Shown piece by piece: positions 31,573 through 40,591 of a stretch of 64,000 nt of DNA (position 1 is its first letter; the number at the start of each line of letters is the position of its first letter). Source of the stretch: an uncultured delta proteobacterium. GTDB taxonomy: Bacteria; Myxococcota; Myxococcia; Myxococcales; Myxococcaceae. The translations under genes and the position numbers were made by a program. The notes beneath the pieces are model-generated. The model did no database searches. It was not told the origin of the DNA and saw only the letters and a program-made list of their open reading frames with translations. Location of the stretch: positions 64,001 through 128,000 of the forward strand of contig CAVZMH010000019.1 of assembly GCA_963776345.1 (NCBI GenBank), in the 5' to 3' direction.

Positions 31573-33356
31573 GTCTCGGCCTCCGGCTGGGGCCGCACAC
31601 GCGCCCGGGCCAGCGCCAGCGCCGACCTCAGCATCTCGCCCACCAGCCGGATGGCGTTCACCCGGGCGGGGGGTTGCAGCGTCCCCGTCGTCCAGCGCCG
31701 GAGCGCCTCGGAACGGCGCAGCTTTCCGCTCGAGGTGCGGGGGAGCGTGCCGGGCACGAGCAGCTCCACCGTGTGCGGCCGGATGCCGGTGTGCTCGGCG
31801 ACGGCGGCGCGGATCCGGTCGACGAGGTCCGGCGCGGCGTCGGCCGTGGTCTCCACCAGGAGCGCGAGCTCCTCGCCGTCGCCGCCCGGAGGCACGAAGC
31901 CCAGGGCCACCGCGCACCCGGCCCGTACGCCCTTCACCCCGTCCAGCGCGTCCTCGAACTCCTGCGGCGAGTGGTTGGCCCCGCGCAGGACCACCACGTC
32001 CTTGGCGCGGCCGCAGACGACGAGCTCGCCGTCCTGCACGAAGCCCAGGTCGCCCGTGTCCAGCCACCCGCCGTCCAGCGCCGCCCGGGTCGCTTCCGGC
32101 TGCCCGAGGTAGCCCTCCATGATGGACGGACCGCGGGCGTGGATGCGGCCCACCACCCCCTCGGGCATGACCCCACCGGCCTCGTCGCGGACCTCCAGCG
32201 TCATCCCGGGTACGGGGATGCCCACGCTCGCCAGGACGCGTGTGCCCGGCCGCACGCGGCCCTCACGCGCGAGCTCGACCGGGTCCACCGGCACCGTCCG
32301 CAGCGTGCGCGGGGGTGAGAAGGTCACCGCCAGCGCCGCCTCGGCCAGCCCGTAGACGGGCATCAGCGACGCCGGACGGAAGCCCCACCGGCCGAAGCGC
32401 TCGGAGAACCGCCGTGCAGCGTCGACCGAGACCTGCTCGGCCCCGTTCAGCGCCAGCCTCCAGCGCGACAGGTCCATGCCCTCCATCTCCTCGTCCTTCA
32501 CCCGGCGCGCGCAGACCGCGTAGGCGAAGCTCGGGGCGACCGACATGGTGCCGCCATGCCGCGAGAGCGCCCGGAGCCAGAGCGCCGGCCGGCCGAGGAA
32601 CACCTCGGGCCCGAGCAGCACCAGCGGGCCGGGGTAGGTCATCGCGCTGAGCAGACAGCCGATGAGCCCCATGTCGTGGTACAGCGGGAGCCAGCTGACG
32701 CCGAGCTGCGGGTCCTCCGGCGTGTCGTCCGGCATCAGCGCCCGGAGCGCGTCGGTCTGGGCGAGCACCGCCCGGTGAGACAGCGCGACCGGCTTCGGGT
32801 CCACCGTGCTGCCGGACGAGAACTGGACCAGGGACAGCGCCCCCGGCTCGGCCGTTCGCGCGACCGGGTCCGCGCCGGACTCCCTGAGCGCGGCGACGTT
32901 GCGAAGGCCGAGCCGAGGTGCGGCGCGCCGCACCGCCTCGCCGAGGAGCCGTCCCACCCGCCCGTCGGAGAGCAGCGCCACCGCGCCCGAGAGCTGGAGC
33001 ATCCGGGCGGTCGTCGCGTGGTACTCGGGCAGCCGCCCCAGCCGCACCGGCGGGTACAGCGGCACCGGCACCGCGCCGGCGAGGAGCGTCCCGAAGAACG
33101 CGTCCATGAAATCGGCCCCGGTGGGGAGGACCAGCGCCACGCGCTCACCCGGACGGACGCCGAGCGCCGCCAGCGCACCGGCCACCCGGGACGCGCGCGC
33201 CTGGACCTCGTTCCACCCGAGCGCCGTCTCGGTCTCGTCGGCCGCGACGAAGGTGAGCCCCCGCCGGCCGGAGATGGCGGCTCGCTCCAGCGCCTCGTTG
33301 AGGCTCGCATGCCGCGGCGGTGGCCGGGGAGCGCCCTGGAGCCGCGCCGGCCTCAT
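31569..33356 (-). CDS. Fatty acyl-AMP ligase
   Basis: QFSSGST.DPK, SWLPLYHDMGLIG, YGLAEA, DTGDLG, GRAKD, PRTSSGK. Confidence 0.92.
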   Translation of the reverse strand: MRPARLQGAPRPPPRHASLNEALERAAISGRRGLTFVAADETETALGWNEVQARASRVAGALAALGVRPGERVALVLPTGADFMDAFFGTLLAGAVPVPLYPPVRLGRLPEYHATTARMLQLSGAVALLSDGRVGRLLGEAVRRAAPRLGLRNVAALRESGADPVARTAEPGALSLVQFSSGSTVDPKPVALSHRAVLAQTDALRALMPDDTPEDPQLGVSWLPLYHDMGLIGCLLSAMTYPGPLVLLGPEVFLGRPALWLRALSRHGGTMSVAPSFAYAVCARRVKDEEMEGMDLSRWRLALNGAEQVSVDAARRFSERFGRWGFRPASLMPVYGLAEAALAVTFSPPRTLRTVPVDPVELAREGRVRPGTRVLASVGIPVPGMTLEVRDEAGGVMPEGVVGRIHARGPSIMEGYLGQPEATRAALDGGWLDTGDLGFVQDGELVVCGRAKDVVVLRGANHSPQEFEDALDGVKGVRAGCAVALGFVPPGGDGEELALLVETTADAAPDLVDRIRAAVAEHTGIRPHTVELLVPGTLPRTSSGKLRRSEALRRWTTGTLQPPARVNAIRLVGEMLRSALALARARVRPQPEAET

Positions 33357-33604
33357 CGGGCCTCCTGCGTCCGCGCTGCGACGTGCCGTGCGAGATCGCC
33401 CACCGTCTGCACCCCCGCCGCGTCCTCCTCGCTGAGCTTGACCCGGAACTTGTTCTCCAGGCCCACGGCGAGCACCGTCAGCCCCAGGCTGTCCAGCGCG
33501 AGGTCCCGCAAGAGGTCGTCCTCCGGAACGATGGGTCGCTCCATCTCCAGCTCGGTGCGGGCGATGGAGCGGATGGCCTCCAGCACCTCGAGCTCAGTGG
33601 CCAC
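33353..33604 (-). CDS. Acyl carrier protein
   Basis: 83 aa acidic; LALDSL phosphopantetheine site; TVGDL. Confidence 0.92.
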   Translation of the reverse strand: MATELEVLEAIRSIARTELEMERPIVPEDDLLRDLALDSLGLTVLAVGLENKFRVKLSEEDAAGVQTVGDLARHVAARTQEAR

Positions 33605-34169
33605 CGTGCCCTCCGGGGACGAACCGCGGGCGCCCGGCGAAGGCGTGCCGCCACGGCTCGCCGAGCGCTTCTTCCTCGGCGCGGATCCGCACCCGGAGCA
33701 GCCAGGCGTTCCCCAGCGAGAAGACGAGCGCGGCGAGCCACGCGCCGTGGACCAGCGGGAGCGCGACCATCTCGGCGATGACCGCCACGTAGTTCGGGTG
33801 CCGGACCCAGCGGTACGGTCCGGCGGTCACCGGGGCGACTCCGGGCAGCACCACGATGCGCGTGTTCCAGCGCCAGCCCAGGGTGGCGATGGCCCAGTAG
33901 CGGAGCGCCTGCGCCCCGAGGACCGCCGCCAGCGCGGCCCACCCGAGCGCCCCGGGGAAGGGCCGGCGCAGGAGCACCACCTCCACGGCGCAGGCGACGA
34001 GGAAGAGGCCGTGGAACAACGCCATCACCGGGTAGTGGCCCTGACCGGCCTCCACGCCCCCGCGGGCGCGGGCGAGCCGGGCGTTCCGGGCCGACACGAC
34101 GAGCTCCACGCCCCGCTCCAGCGCCACCAGGGCAAGCAGGCCGAGGTAGAGCTGGACCGAGGTCACCAT
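33594..34169 (-). CDS. Isoprenylcysteine carboxyl methyltransferase-family (SrsB-like) membrane methyltransferase
   Basis: LGWRWNTRI, GPYRWVRHPNY, RIRAEE. Confidence 0.9.
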   Translation of the reverse strand: MVTSVQLYLGLLALVALERGVELVVSARNARLARARGGVEAGQGHYPVMALFHGLFLVACAVEVVLLRRPFPGALGWAALAAVLGAQALRYWAIATLGWRWNTRIVVLPGVAPVTAGPYRWVRHPNYVAVIAEMVALPLVHGAWLAALVFSLGNAWLLRVRIRAEEEALGEPWRHAFAGRPRFVPGGHGGH

Positions 34170-35236
34170 CGGAGCAGCACCAGCTCGGCGCAGAACCCCG
34201 GGCCCATCGCCATCAGCACGCCGAGGTCGCCGGGGCGCGCCTCGCCCGAGGCGAGCAGCTCGGAGAGCACGAAGAGCACCGACGCCGAGGAGAGGTTCCC
34301 GGTTCTCCGCAGCGAGTCCCACGAGCGGCGGAGCGCCTCAGGCGGAAGCTCCAGCGCCGCCTCGAAGGCCTGCAACACCTTGGGTCCGCCGGTGTGGGCG
34401 ACCCAGTGGCGGATGTCCCCGCGGCGGAGGCCCTGCGAGGCGAGGAAGCCGTCCACGTCCCCACGTGCGTGCTCGGTGACGATGGTGGGCACCTTGGCGC
34501 TGAGGACGACCTTGAAGCCGCCGTCCACCACGTCCCAGCCCATGATGCGCTCGGTGTCCGGGTAGAACACGCTTCGCGTCGCCAGCACGCGGGGGGCGGC
34601 CCCGGGCGGCGGTCGCTCGGCTCCGGAGAGGACCATCGCCGCGGCGCCGTCGCCGAAGAGCCCGCTGGCGATGACGTTGGCGATGCTCACGTCCTCGCGC
34701 TGCAGGGTGAGCGAGCACAGCTCGACCGAGAGGAGCACTGCCACCTGGTCCGGAAAGGCGCGGAGCACGTCGCTCGCCCGCGCGGTGCCGGCGGCGCCCG
34801 CCACGCAGCCCAGCCCGAAGATGGGGGTGCGCTTCACGTCGGGACGGAGACCGAGGCGGTTGACGAGCCGCGCATCCAGCGAGGGAGTGCCGATCCCGGT
34901 CACGGTGACGAAGAAGAGGTGGTCGACGTCACGTGGTCGCAGCCCCGCGGCGTCGAGGGCGCGTCGGACGGCCTGCTCGCCCACCTCGAGGGACACCCGG
35001 TTGAACGCGTCATTGCGCTCGGAGAAGCGCTCCAGCGGAAGGTACTCCGCGAGCGGCAACGCCAGGTAGCGGCCGCCCACCTGGACCGAGCGGTGCAGCT
35101 CCTCGATGCGCTCGACGTTGAAGTGCTCGCGTGCCCAGTGCTCGCGGAAGACGGAGATCAACGTCTCCTGGTCAACCCAGTTCGGGGGCAGCGCCGTGCC
35201 CACGCTGCGCACCCACGGTCCAGGGGGAGACGTCAT
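34163..35236 (-). CDS. Type III polyketide synthase
   Basis: Cys-His-Asn triad in GLGCVAG, AHTGGPK, GNLSSAS; LFGDG, MGPGF. Confidence 0.95.
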   Translation of the reverse strand: MTSPPGPWVRSVGTALPPNWVDQETLISVFREHWAREHFNVERIEELHRSVQVGGRYLALPLAEYLPLERFSERNDAFNRVSLEVGEQAVRRALDAAGLRPRDVDHLFFVTVTGIGTPSLDARLVNRLGLRPDVKRTPIFGLGCVAGAAGTARASDVLRAFPDQVAVLLSVELCSLTLQREDVSIANVIASGLFGDGAAAMVLSGAERPPPGAAPRVLATRSVFYPDTERIMGWDVVDGGFKVVLSAKVPTIVTEHARGDVDGFLASQGLRRGDIRHWVAHTGGPKVLQAFEAALELPPEALRRSWDSLRRTGNLSSASVLFVLSELLASGEARPGDLGVLMAMGPGFCAELVLLRW

Positions 35237-35293
35237 GCCTGCTCGGGAGTATCCGACCCCCCGGCACGACGCAACACGGAGCGTGTGGCTCGT

Positions 35294-36571
35294 TCAGGTC
35301 GCGACCCCGGGTGCGAGCGGGCGGTGCAGCAGCCGGGCGCCCACCATCAGCACCAGGCCGCCGATCGCCACCGGGATGGCGTTCAGGGCGATGGCCGTCG
35401 CCAGGCTGAGCCGGTCGCCCACCCAGCCGATGATCGGCGGCGAGATGGCGTCCCCGAGCAGATGGTAGGCGAGCACGCTCAGGCCCACGGCGAAGCTGCG
35501 GAACAGCGGCGGCACCGCGCTCACGATGGCGTTGTTCAGGGGCCCGTTGTTCAGGAAGACCATGAACATCGCCACGAACGCCGCGCCGAGGATGACCGGG
35601 ATGGAGCCGGCGCGGGCGGTCCACACCATGAACGGCGCCGCGAGCAGCATGCCCACGCCGGACACCCAGAGCCCTCCGGTGCGGCTCTTACGCTCGGCGC
35701 GGTCGCCGAGCACGCCGCCCACCAGCGTCCCGGTGAGCCCGGCCACCGCCGCCACCGCGCCGAACCAGATACCGGCCTGTGCGCCGCTCACCCCGCGCTC
35801 GCGCTCGAGGAACGCCGGCATGTAGACCGAGAGCCCGCCGATGGAGAAGGTCATCAGCGTGAGCCCGGCCACGCTCACCCAGTAGTACGCGTTGTGCCGG
35901 AGCTCGCGCAGCCCCTTCCCCAGCGGGAGGCGCGTCTCGGTGGGCTCCACCGCCTCGGTGGCTCCCCGGCGCGGCTCGCGGACCCGCAGCGCGAGCACCG
36001 CGGCGAGGAGCCCGGGAACGGAGCCGACGAAGAAGGCCGTCTGCCAGGAGAAGGCGTTCGCCAGCCAGCCGCCGAGCACGTACCCCAGCGCCGAGCCGAC
36101 CGGGATGGCGACGTAGAAGATGGAGAGCGCGCGGGTCCGGTAGCTCGGGGGATAGAAGTCGGCGATCAGGCCCGGGGAGACGGTGCCGTAGCCGGCCTCC
36201 CCCACGCCGACCAGCGCGCGGGCGACGATCAGCGACGAGAAGCCCCAGGCGAGCCCGCTCCCGAGCGTGGCCAGGCTCCAGAGGAAGATGCTGGCCGCGA
36301 GCACCCAGCGCCGCGGGTAGCGGTCGCCGATGTAGCCGCCGAGCGGCGCGGCCGCGGTGTAGACGACGATGAACGCCGTCTGCAGCACGCCCGCCTGGGC
36401 GTGGTCGATCTGCAGGCCGTCCTCGATGCGGGTGAGCGCCCCCGGCACCAGGTACCGGTCGAGGTAGTTGATGAAGTTGATGAAGGTGAGGACGCCGAGC
36501 GCGTAGGCCGCGCCTGGGATCAGCGACCCCGAGCTCGTTTCCCGTGCCTCCGCGCGTGCTGGTGCCGTCAT
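35294..36571 (-). CDS. MFS transporter (spinster-like)
   Basis: NYLDR, GYIGDRYPRR, RALVGVGEA, 12-TM pattern. Confidence 0.9.
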   Translation of the reverse strand: MTAPARAEARETSSGSLIPGAAYALGVLTFINFINYLDRYLVPGALTRIEDGLQIDHAQAGVLQTAFIVVYTAAAPLGGYIGDRYPRRWVLAASIFLWSLATLGSGLAWGFSSLIVARALVGVGEAGYGTVSPGLIADFYPPSYRTRALSIFYVAIPVGSALGYVLGGWLANAFSWQTAFFVGSVPGLLAAVLALRVREPRRGATEAVEPTETRLPLGKGLRELRHNAYYWVSVAGLTLMTFSIGGLSVYMPAFLERERGVSGAQAGIWFGAVAAVAGLTGTLVGGVLGDRAERKSRTGGLWVSGVGMLLAAPFMVWTARAGSIPVILGAAFVAMFMVFLNNGPLNNAIVSAVPPLFRSFAVGLSVLAYHLLGDAISPPIIGWVGDRLSLATAIALNAIPVAIGGLVLMVGARLLHRPLAPGVAT

Positions 36572-37494
36572 GCGAGCGTCTCCCATCGGTCGAGCAGGAC
36601 TCCCCAGCGCAGGCCGCGGTCCGAGACGCGCGCCCCCGTCGCGCCGAGCTGGCGGAGCGCCGTCTCGAACAGCAGCGCCCCCGCGGGCAGCACGTCGGCC
36701 CGCTTCGGCTGGAGCCCGGGCAGGGTGCGCCGGACGGCGAGCGGGACCGCGCAGAGCCGGGCGCGGACCTCCGCCACCTCCTCGAGCGACAGCCAGCCAC
36801 CGTGCACGCGAGCGGCGTCGTACGGCTCGATGGCGTGCGCCAGGGCGAAGAGGCTGGTGACGGTGCCGGCGATACCCACCACCCGGACCTCGCCCGGGAA
36901 CGCCGGCAGCGCGGACAGCGCGTCAAGGACGGCGGCGCGGACCGCATCCTGCTCCGCGGCGCTCGGCGGGTCGGAGTGGACGCAGCGCTCGGTCAGCCGG
37001 ACCGAGCCGATGTCCAGGCTGGCGCGGAACAGCACCATCCGGCCGCGCCCGTGCACGAACTCGGTCGAGCCTCCGCCCACGTCGATGGCCAGGAGCCCTG
37101 CCTCGCCCGCCTCGCCGGCGAAGTCCTGCGCGACGGCCAGGTACGAGAGCCGGGCCTCCTCGTCGCCGGAGAGGATCTCCACCGTGGCGCCGGTGCGCTC
37201 GCGGGCGCGGGCGAGGAAGTCGGTGCCGTTGCGCGCGTCCCGCGCGGCCGAGGTGGCGGTCACCACCAGCGCGTGGGCGCCGTCCGACCGGGCCAGTCCT
37301 GCGAACCGCGCCAGCACCTCGAGCGTCGCCTCCATGCCCTCGGGCGAGAGCACGCCGGTGCGGTCGACGCCGCGCCCGAGGCGGGTGATCTCCGCCTCCT
37401 CGCGCACCGGCCGCACCGCGCCGTCCCCGCCCCGCTCGGCGACGAGGAGGAGCACCGAGTTGGTGCCCACGTCCACCGCGGCCAGCCGGCTCAT
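36568..37494 (-). CDS. Ppx/GppA-family phosphatase (short form)
   Basis: DVGTNS, ATSAARDA.N, DVGGGSTE, GSVRL, RADV. Confidence 0.92.
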   Translation of the reverse strand: MSRLAAVDVGTNSVLLLVAERGGDGAVRPVREEAEITRLGRGVDRTGVLSPEGMEATLEVLARFAGLARSDGAHALVVTATSAARDARNGTDFLARARERTGATVEILSGDEEARLSYLAVAQDFAGEAGEAGLLAIDVGGGSTEFVHGRGRMVLFRASLDIGSVRLTERCVHSDPPSAAEQDAVRAAVLDALSALPAFPGEVRVVGIAGTVTSLFALAHAIEPYDAARVHGGWLSLEEVAEVRARLCAVPLAVRRTLPGLQPKRADVLPAGALLFETALRQLGATGARVSDRGLRWGVLLDRWETLA

Positions 37495-38054
37495 CCGAGG
37501 GACCAGGCGATGTCGGCCGAGGGCACCACCTGGACGGTCCACCGTCCGGCGGAGAACCCGTCCAGCACCCGGTTGTGGTGGGCGACGATCTGCGAGAACG
37601 ACAGCTCCGCCGAGTCCCCGGTGGTGTGCCCGTCGGCGGCGAGCACCACGTCCCGGAACAGCGAGACCGCGCGGCGGCAGGTGGTGTCGATGCAGTACTC
37701 GGTCATGCACCCGGCGATGACCAGCCGGCGGATCTGCTGCGTGTTCAGCAGCTCGATGAGCTTGGTCTCGAAGAAGGCGTCACAGCTCCGCTTGTGCACC
37801 ACCGGCTCGCCGGCCCGGGGCGTGACCTCCGGGCGGAGCTCCCAGCCCGGCGAGCCGCGCTCGAGCCGGTGGCCGAGCGTCCCGTCGTGCTGCACGTGGA
37901 TGACCGGGAAGCCGCGCCGGCGGGCTCCGTCGAGCAGCCCGGCGATGCGCTCCACCGTGCGGTCGAGCGCGGCCTGCACCGCCGGCCCACCCTTCCCGAG
38001 CAGGATGTCGCGCTGCAGGTCGACGATGAGGAGCGCGGTGTCGGGGCCGGCCAT
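37491..38054 (-). CDS. Isochorismatase-like cysteine hydrolase
   Basis: ALLIVDLQ, K...DAF, GCMTEYCIDTT. Confidence 0.9.
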   Translation of the reverse strand: MAGPDTALLIVDLQRDILLGKGGPAVQAALDRTVERIAGLLDGARRRGFPVIHVQHDGTLGHRLERGSPGWELRPEVTPRAGEPVVHKRSCDAFFETKLIELLNTQQIRRLVIAGCMTEYCIDTTCRRAVSLFRDVVLAADGHTTGDSAELSFSQIVAHHNRVLDGFSAGRWTVQVVPSADIAWSLG

Positions 38055-38110
38055 GCGGCGGCTGACATTACCCGACCGGGTGCCTCAGGTCCCCCGCACC
38101 GGGGGGACGC

Positions 38111-39334
38111 TCAGAGCGCGCGGGGCCGCGGCGTGTCCGGGCTCAGCGCCTCTCGGAGCGCACCGGCCAGGAAGACGTACTGCGCCTCGGAGTTGTGGAG
38201 ATGCGGCGACACGCGGATCCATCGGCGGGCCGGCACCGGCCAGCCGTACACCGGAACCTCGATGCGGTGGCGCTCGAAGAGCGACTCTTGAAGCGGGTCG
38301 ACGGCCAGGAATTCGGTCGGTGGGCGCTGGCGGTCCTCGGGGAGCTCCACCGCGGCGAGCGAGCCGAGCATCGACTCGGGGCAGGGCGGGGCGATGCCCA
38401 GCGCCTCGCAGAGCAGGGCGCGGGCCCTGCGGGCCAGCGCGGCGTTGCGGGCGCGCACCTCGGGCCAGCCGCCCGGAACGAGCCCGCCGACCAGCTCGAT
38501 GGCCCGTCCCACGCAGAGCCCGGCGGAGGGATCGCGGGTGCCGGTCCAGTCGAACTCCAGCCGGAAGCGAGAGCGGTCGGTGCGCGGCGAGTTCGCGCCA
38601 TGGCTGATGACCAGCGGCCGGAGACCGGCCTGGCGGTCCCGGCGCACGTGGAGGAAGGCGGCGCCCTTGGGCGCGCAGAGCCACTTGTGGCAATTCCCAG
38701 AATAGTACGCCGCGCCGAGCGCCTCGACGTCGAGCGGCAACATGCCCGGGGCGTGTGCGCCGTCCACCAGCACGTCCACCCCGCGCGCCTGGAGCGCCGG
38801 GACCAGCGACTCGACCGGGAATACCACCCCGGTGGGGCTGGTCACGTGGTCGAGAAGGACGAGCCGGGTCCGGTCGGTCACCGCCCCGAGCACCGCGTTC
38901 GAGACGTCCTCTGGACCGCGGAGCGGGAAGGGCACCTGCGCCACGACGACCCGAGCTCCGGCGCGCTCGGCCACCCAGCGGAGCGCGTTGGCGCAGGCGT
39001 TGTAGGCGTGGTCGGTGGTGAGCAGCTCATCGCCGGCCCGGAACGCGAGCGAGCGCACCACCGTGTTCACCCCGGCGGTGGCGTTGTCCACGAAGGCGAG
39101 GTCGTCCGGGTTGGCATGCAGGAGCTCGCCGAGCCGGGCCCGCGCCTCGTCCAGCAGCGGCTCGATGGCCCGGACGAAGAAGTCGATGGGGTCGCGCTCC
39201 ATCCGGGCCCGGAGCTCGGCCTGCAGCGCGAGCACCTCGCGCGGGCACGCCCCGAAGGCCCCGTGGTTGAGGAAGGTGACGCCCGGGTCGAGCGTCCAGT
39301 GAGCGGCGAGCGGCGAGGGCTCGGGACGCCTCAC
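38111..39334 (-). CDS. Class V PLP enzyme (isopenicillin N epimerase / C-S lyase-like)
   Basis: FLNHGAFGACP, DHVTSPT, VDGAH, GNCHKW. Confidence 0.85.
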   Translation of the reverse strand: MRRPEPSPLAAHWTLDPGVTFLNHGAFGACPREVLALQAELRARMERDPIDFFVRAIEPLLDEARARLGELLHANPDDLAFVDNATAGVNTVVRSLAFRAGDELLTTDHAYNACANALRWVAERAGARVVVAQVPFPLRGPEDVSNAVLGAVTDRTRLVLLDHVTSPTGVVFPVESLVPALQARGVDVLVDGAHAPGMLPLDVEALGAAYYSGNCHKWLCAPKGAAFLHVRRDRQAGLRPLVISHGANSPRTDRSRFRLEFDWTGTRDPSAGLCVGRAIELVGGLVPGGWPEVRARNAALARRARALLCEALGIAPPCPESMLGSLAAVELPEDRQRPPTEFLAVDPLQESLFERHRIEVPVYGWPVPARRWIRVSPHLHNSEAQYVFLAGALREALSPDTPRPRAL

Positions 39335-39798
39335 GGCCCGTGCTCTGCTCCGTCCGGGGTGCCCAGCGGGAGGTCGAAGGTGAGGTGCGTCTCCGCGAAC
39401 CCCAGGCTCCGGTAGAACGGAGGAGACTCCTGCCGGCGGCGGTTGGTGCGCACGTACAGCTTCTCGCAGCCGGCCGAGCGGGCCAGCTCCGCGGCGGCGC
39501 GGGTGAGCGCCCGGCCCACGCCGTGCCGGCGCGACTCGCGGTCGGTCACCAGGGCCGTGAGCTGGGCCGAGGGCGACCGCGTGTAGAGCCGGGGATGGAT
39601 GGCCACGGTGGCCACCCCCGCGAGCTTGTGGCTCACCAGCTCGGCGACGAGGACGAGGGCGCCGCCCTGGCCGAAGCGTTCCAGCTGCGCACGGAGGGTG
39701 GGCTCGTCGGTGGCGTAGCCCAGCTGGGCGAACAGCTGGACCAGGGACGGTGCGTCGTCCGTCCGCGCCGGACGGACCTTGACCTCGAGCTCGGACAT
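39331..39798 (-). CDS. GNAT acetyltransferase
   Basis: VRPA..DDA, LVT....RRHGVG, FYRSLGF. Confidence 0.88.
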   Translation of the reverse strand: MSELEVKVRPARTDDAPSLVQLFAQLGYATDEPTLRAQLERFGQGGALVLVAELVSHKLAGVATVAIHPRLYTRSPSAQLTALVTDRESRRHGVGRALTRAAAELARSAGCEKLYVRTNRRRQESPPFYRSLGFAETHLTFDLPLGTPDGAEHGP

Positions 39799-39897
39799 GG
39801 CGGGCGTTCACTTACCAGCGAACGCCCGCTCCCGGCTGCCGATCCGCACGCCCGGCAGGGGACTGTGCTCCTCCTGCCGCGAGCACCCGGCGGACGC

Positions 39898-40425
39898 TCA
39901 GAAGGCGCAGTTTCCGGGTGCCGGCGCGTCGATGCGCCTCGTCACCGCGTGCGGGACGAGCTGGATGGCGAGGGTCTTCGCCTCCGCGCCGGTCTCGTTG
40001 CGGATGAGGTGCACGTGGTTCCCGCCCGGGTCCACCAGCGTCTGGCCAGCCGTGTACACGTGCGGCGTGCAGGTGGGATCGTCGCCCTCGTAGGCGGTGA
40101 TGGTCCCCTCGGTGACGATGATCAGGCTCGCCCCGGGGTGGGTGTGCCAGCCGGTCGACCCTCCGGCTTTCCAGGTGTTGTCCTGGACGAAGAGGTCGGA
40201 TGCCCCCCGCGTCCGCAGACTTGAGAGCCAGAGCCAGTGCCAGTGCCAGTGCTCGTGCTCCTCCCCGGACCCCGCCGGGAAGAACCAGTGGTTCCTCAGG
40301 TCGAGGTCGTCGAACTGGCCCGAGGCGATGGTCAGACCCTTGAAATCCTTTGCGTCGGTTGCATGCCCCGTCCCCACGGCCAGGGTTCCACAGAGCAGCA
40401 ACATCCCCTTCAACGTGTTCCGCAT
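39898..40425 (-). CDS. Secreted cupin-domain protein
   Basis: SD GAGGAGG, signal peptide, GWHTHPG...EG and H..RN cupin motifs. Confidence 0.8.
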   Translation of the reverse strand: MRNTLKGMLLLCGTLAVGTGHATDAKDFKGLTIASGQFDDLDLRNHWFFPAGSGEEHEHWHWHWLWLSSLRTRGASDLFVQDNTWKAGGSTGWHTHPGASLIIVTEGTITAYEGDDPTCTPHVYTAGQTLVDPGGNHVHLIRNETGAEAKTLAIQLVPHAVTRRIDAPAPGNCAF

Positions 40426-40505
40426 GCGTCCTCCTCGATGGGACTCCTCGCTGGAGCCGGCCGGGAGGGTCTGATGCGGGCAGGCGGCGCCCCAACGGGC
40501 GAACC

Positions 40506-40560
40506 GCGGCACGGGGGGCGTGCCGCTCCTTGCCGCTCCACGGCGTGGTTTGCCGTGCCC
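40506..40560. promoter_or_regulatory. Candidate operator: inverted repeat plus 10-bp-phased TGCCG repeats
   Basis: GCGGCACG-N5-CGTGCCGC at 40506-40526; TGCCG at 40521, 40531, 40551. Confidence 0.45.
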
Positions 40561-40591
40561 GCTCGGGTGGGGCTACACATCCGGCAGGTCA

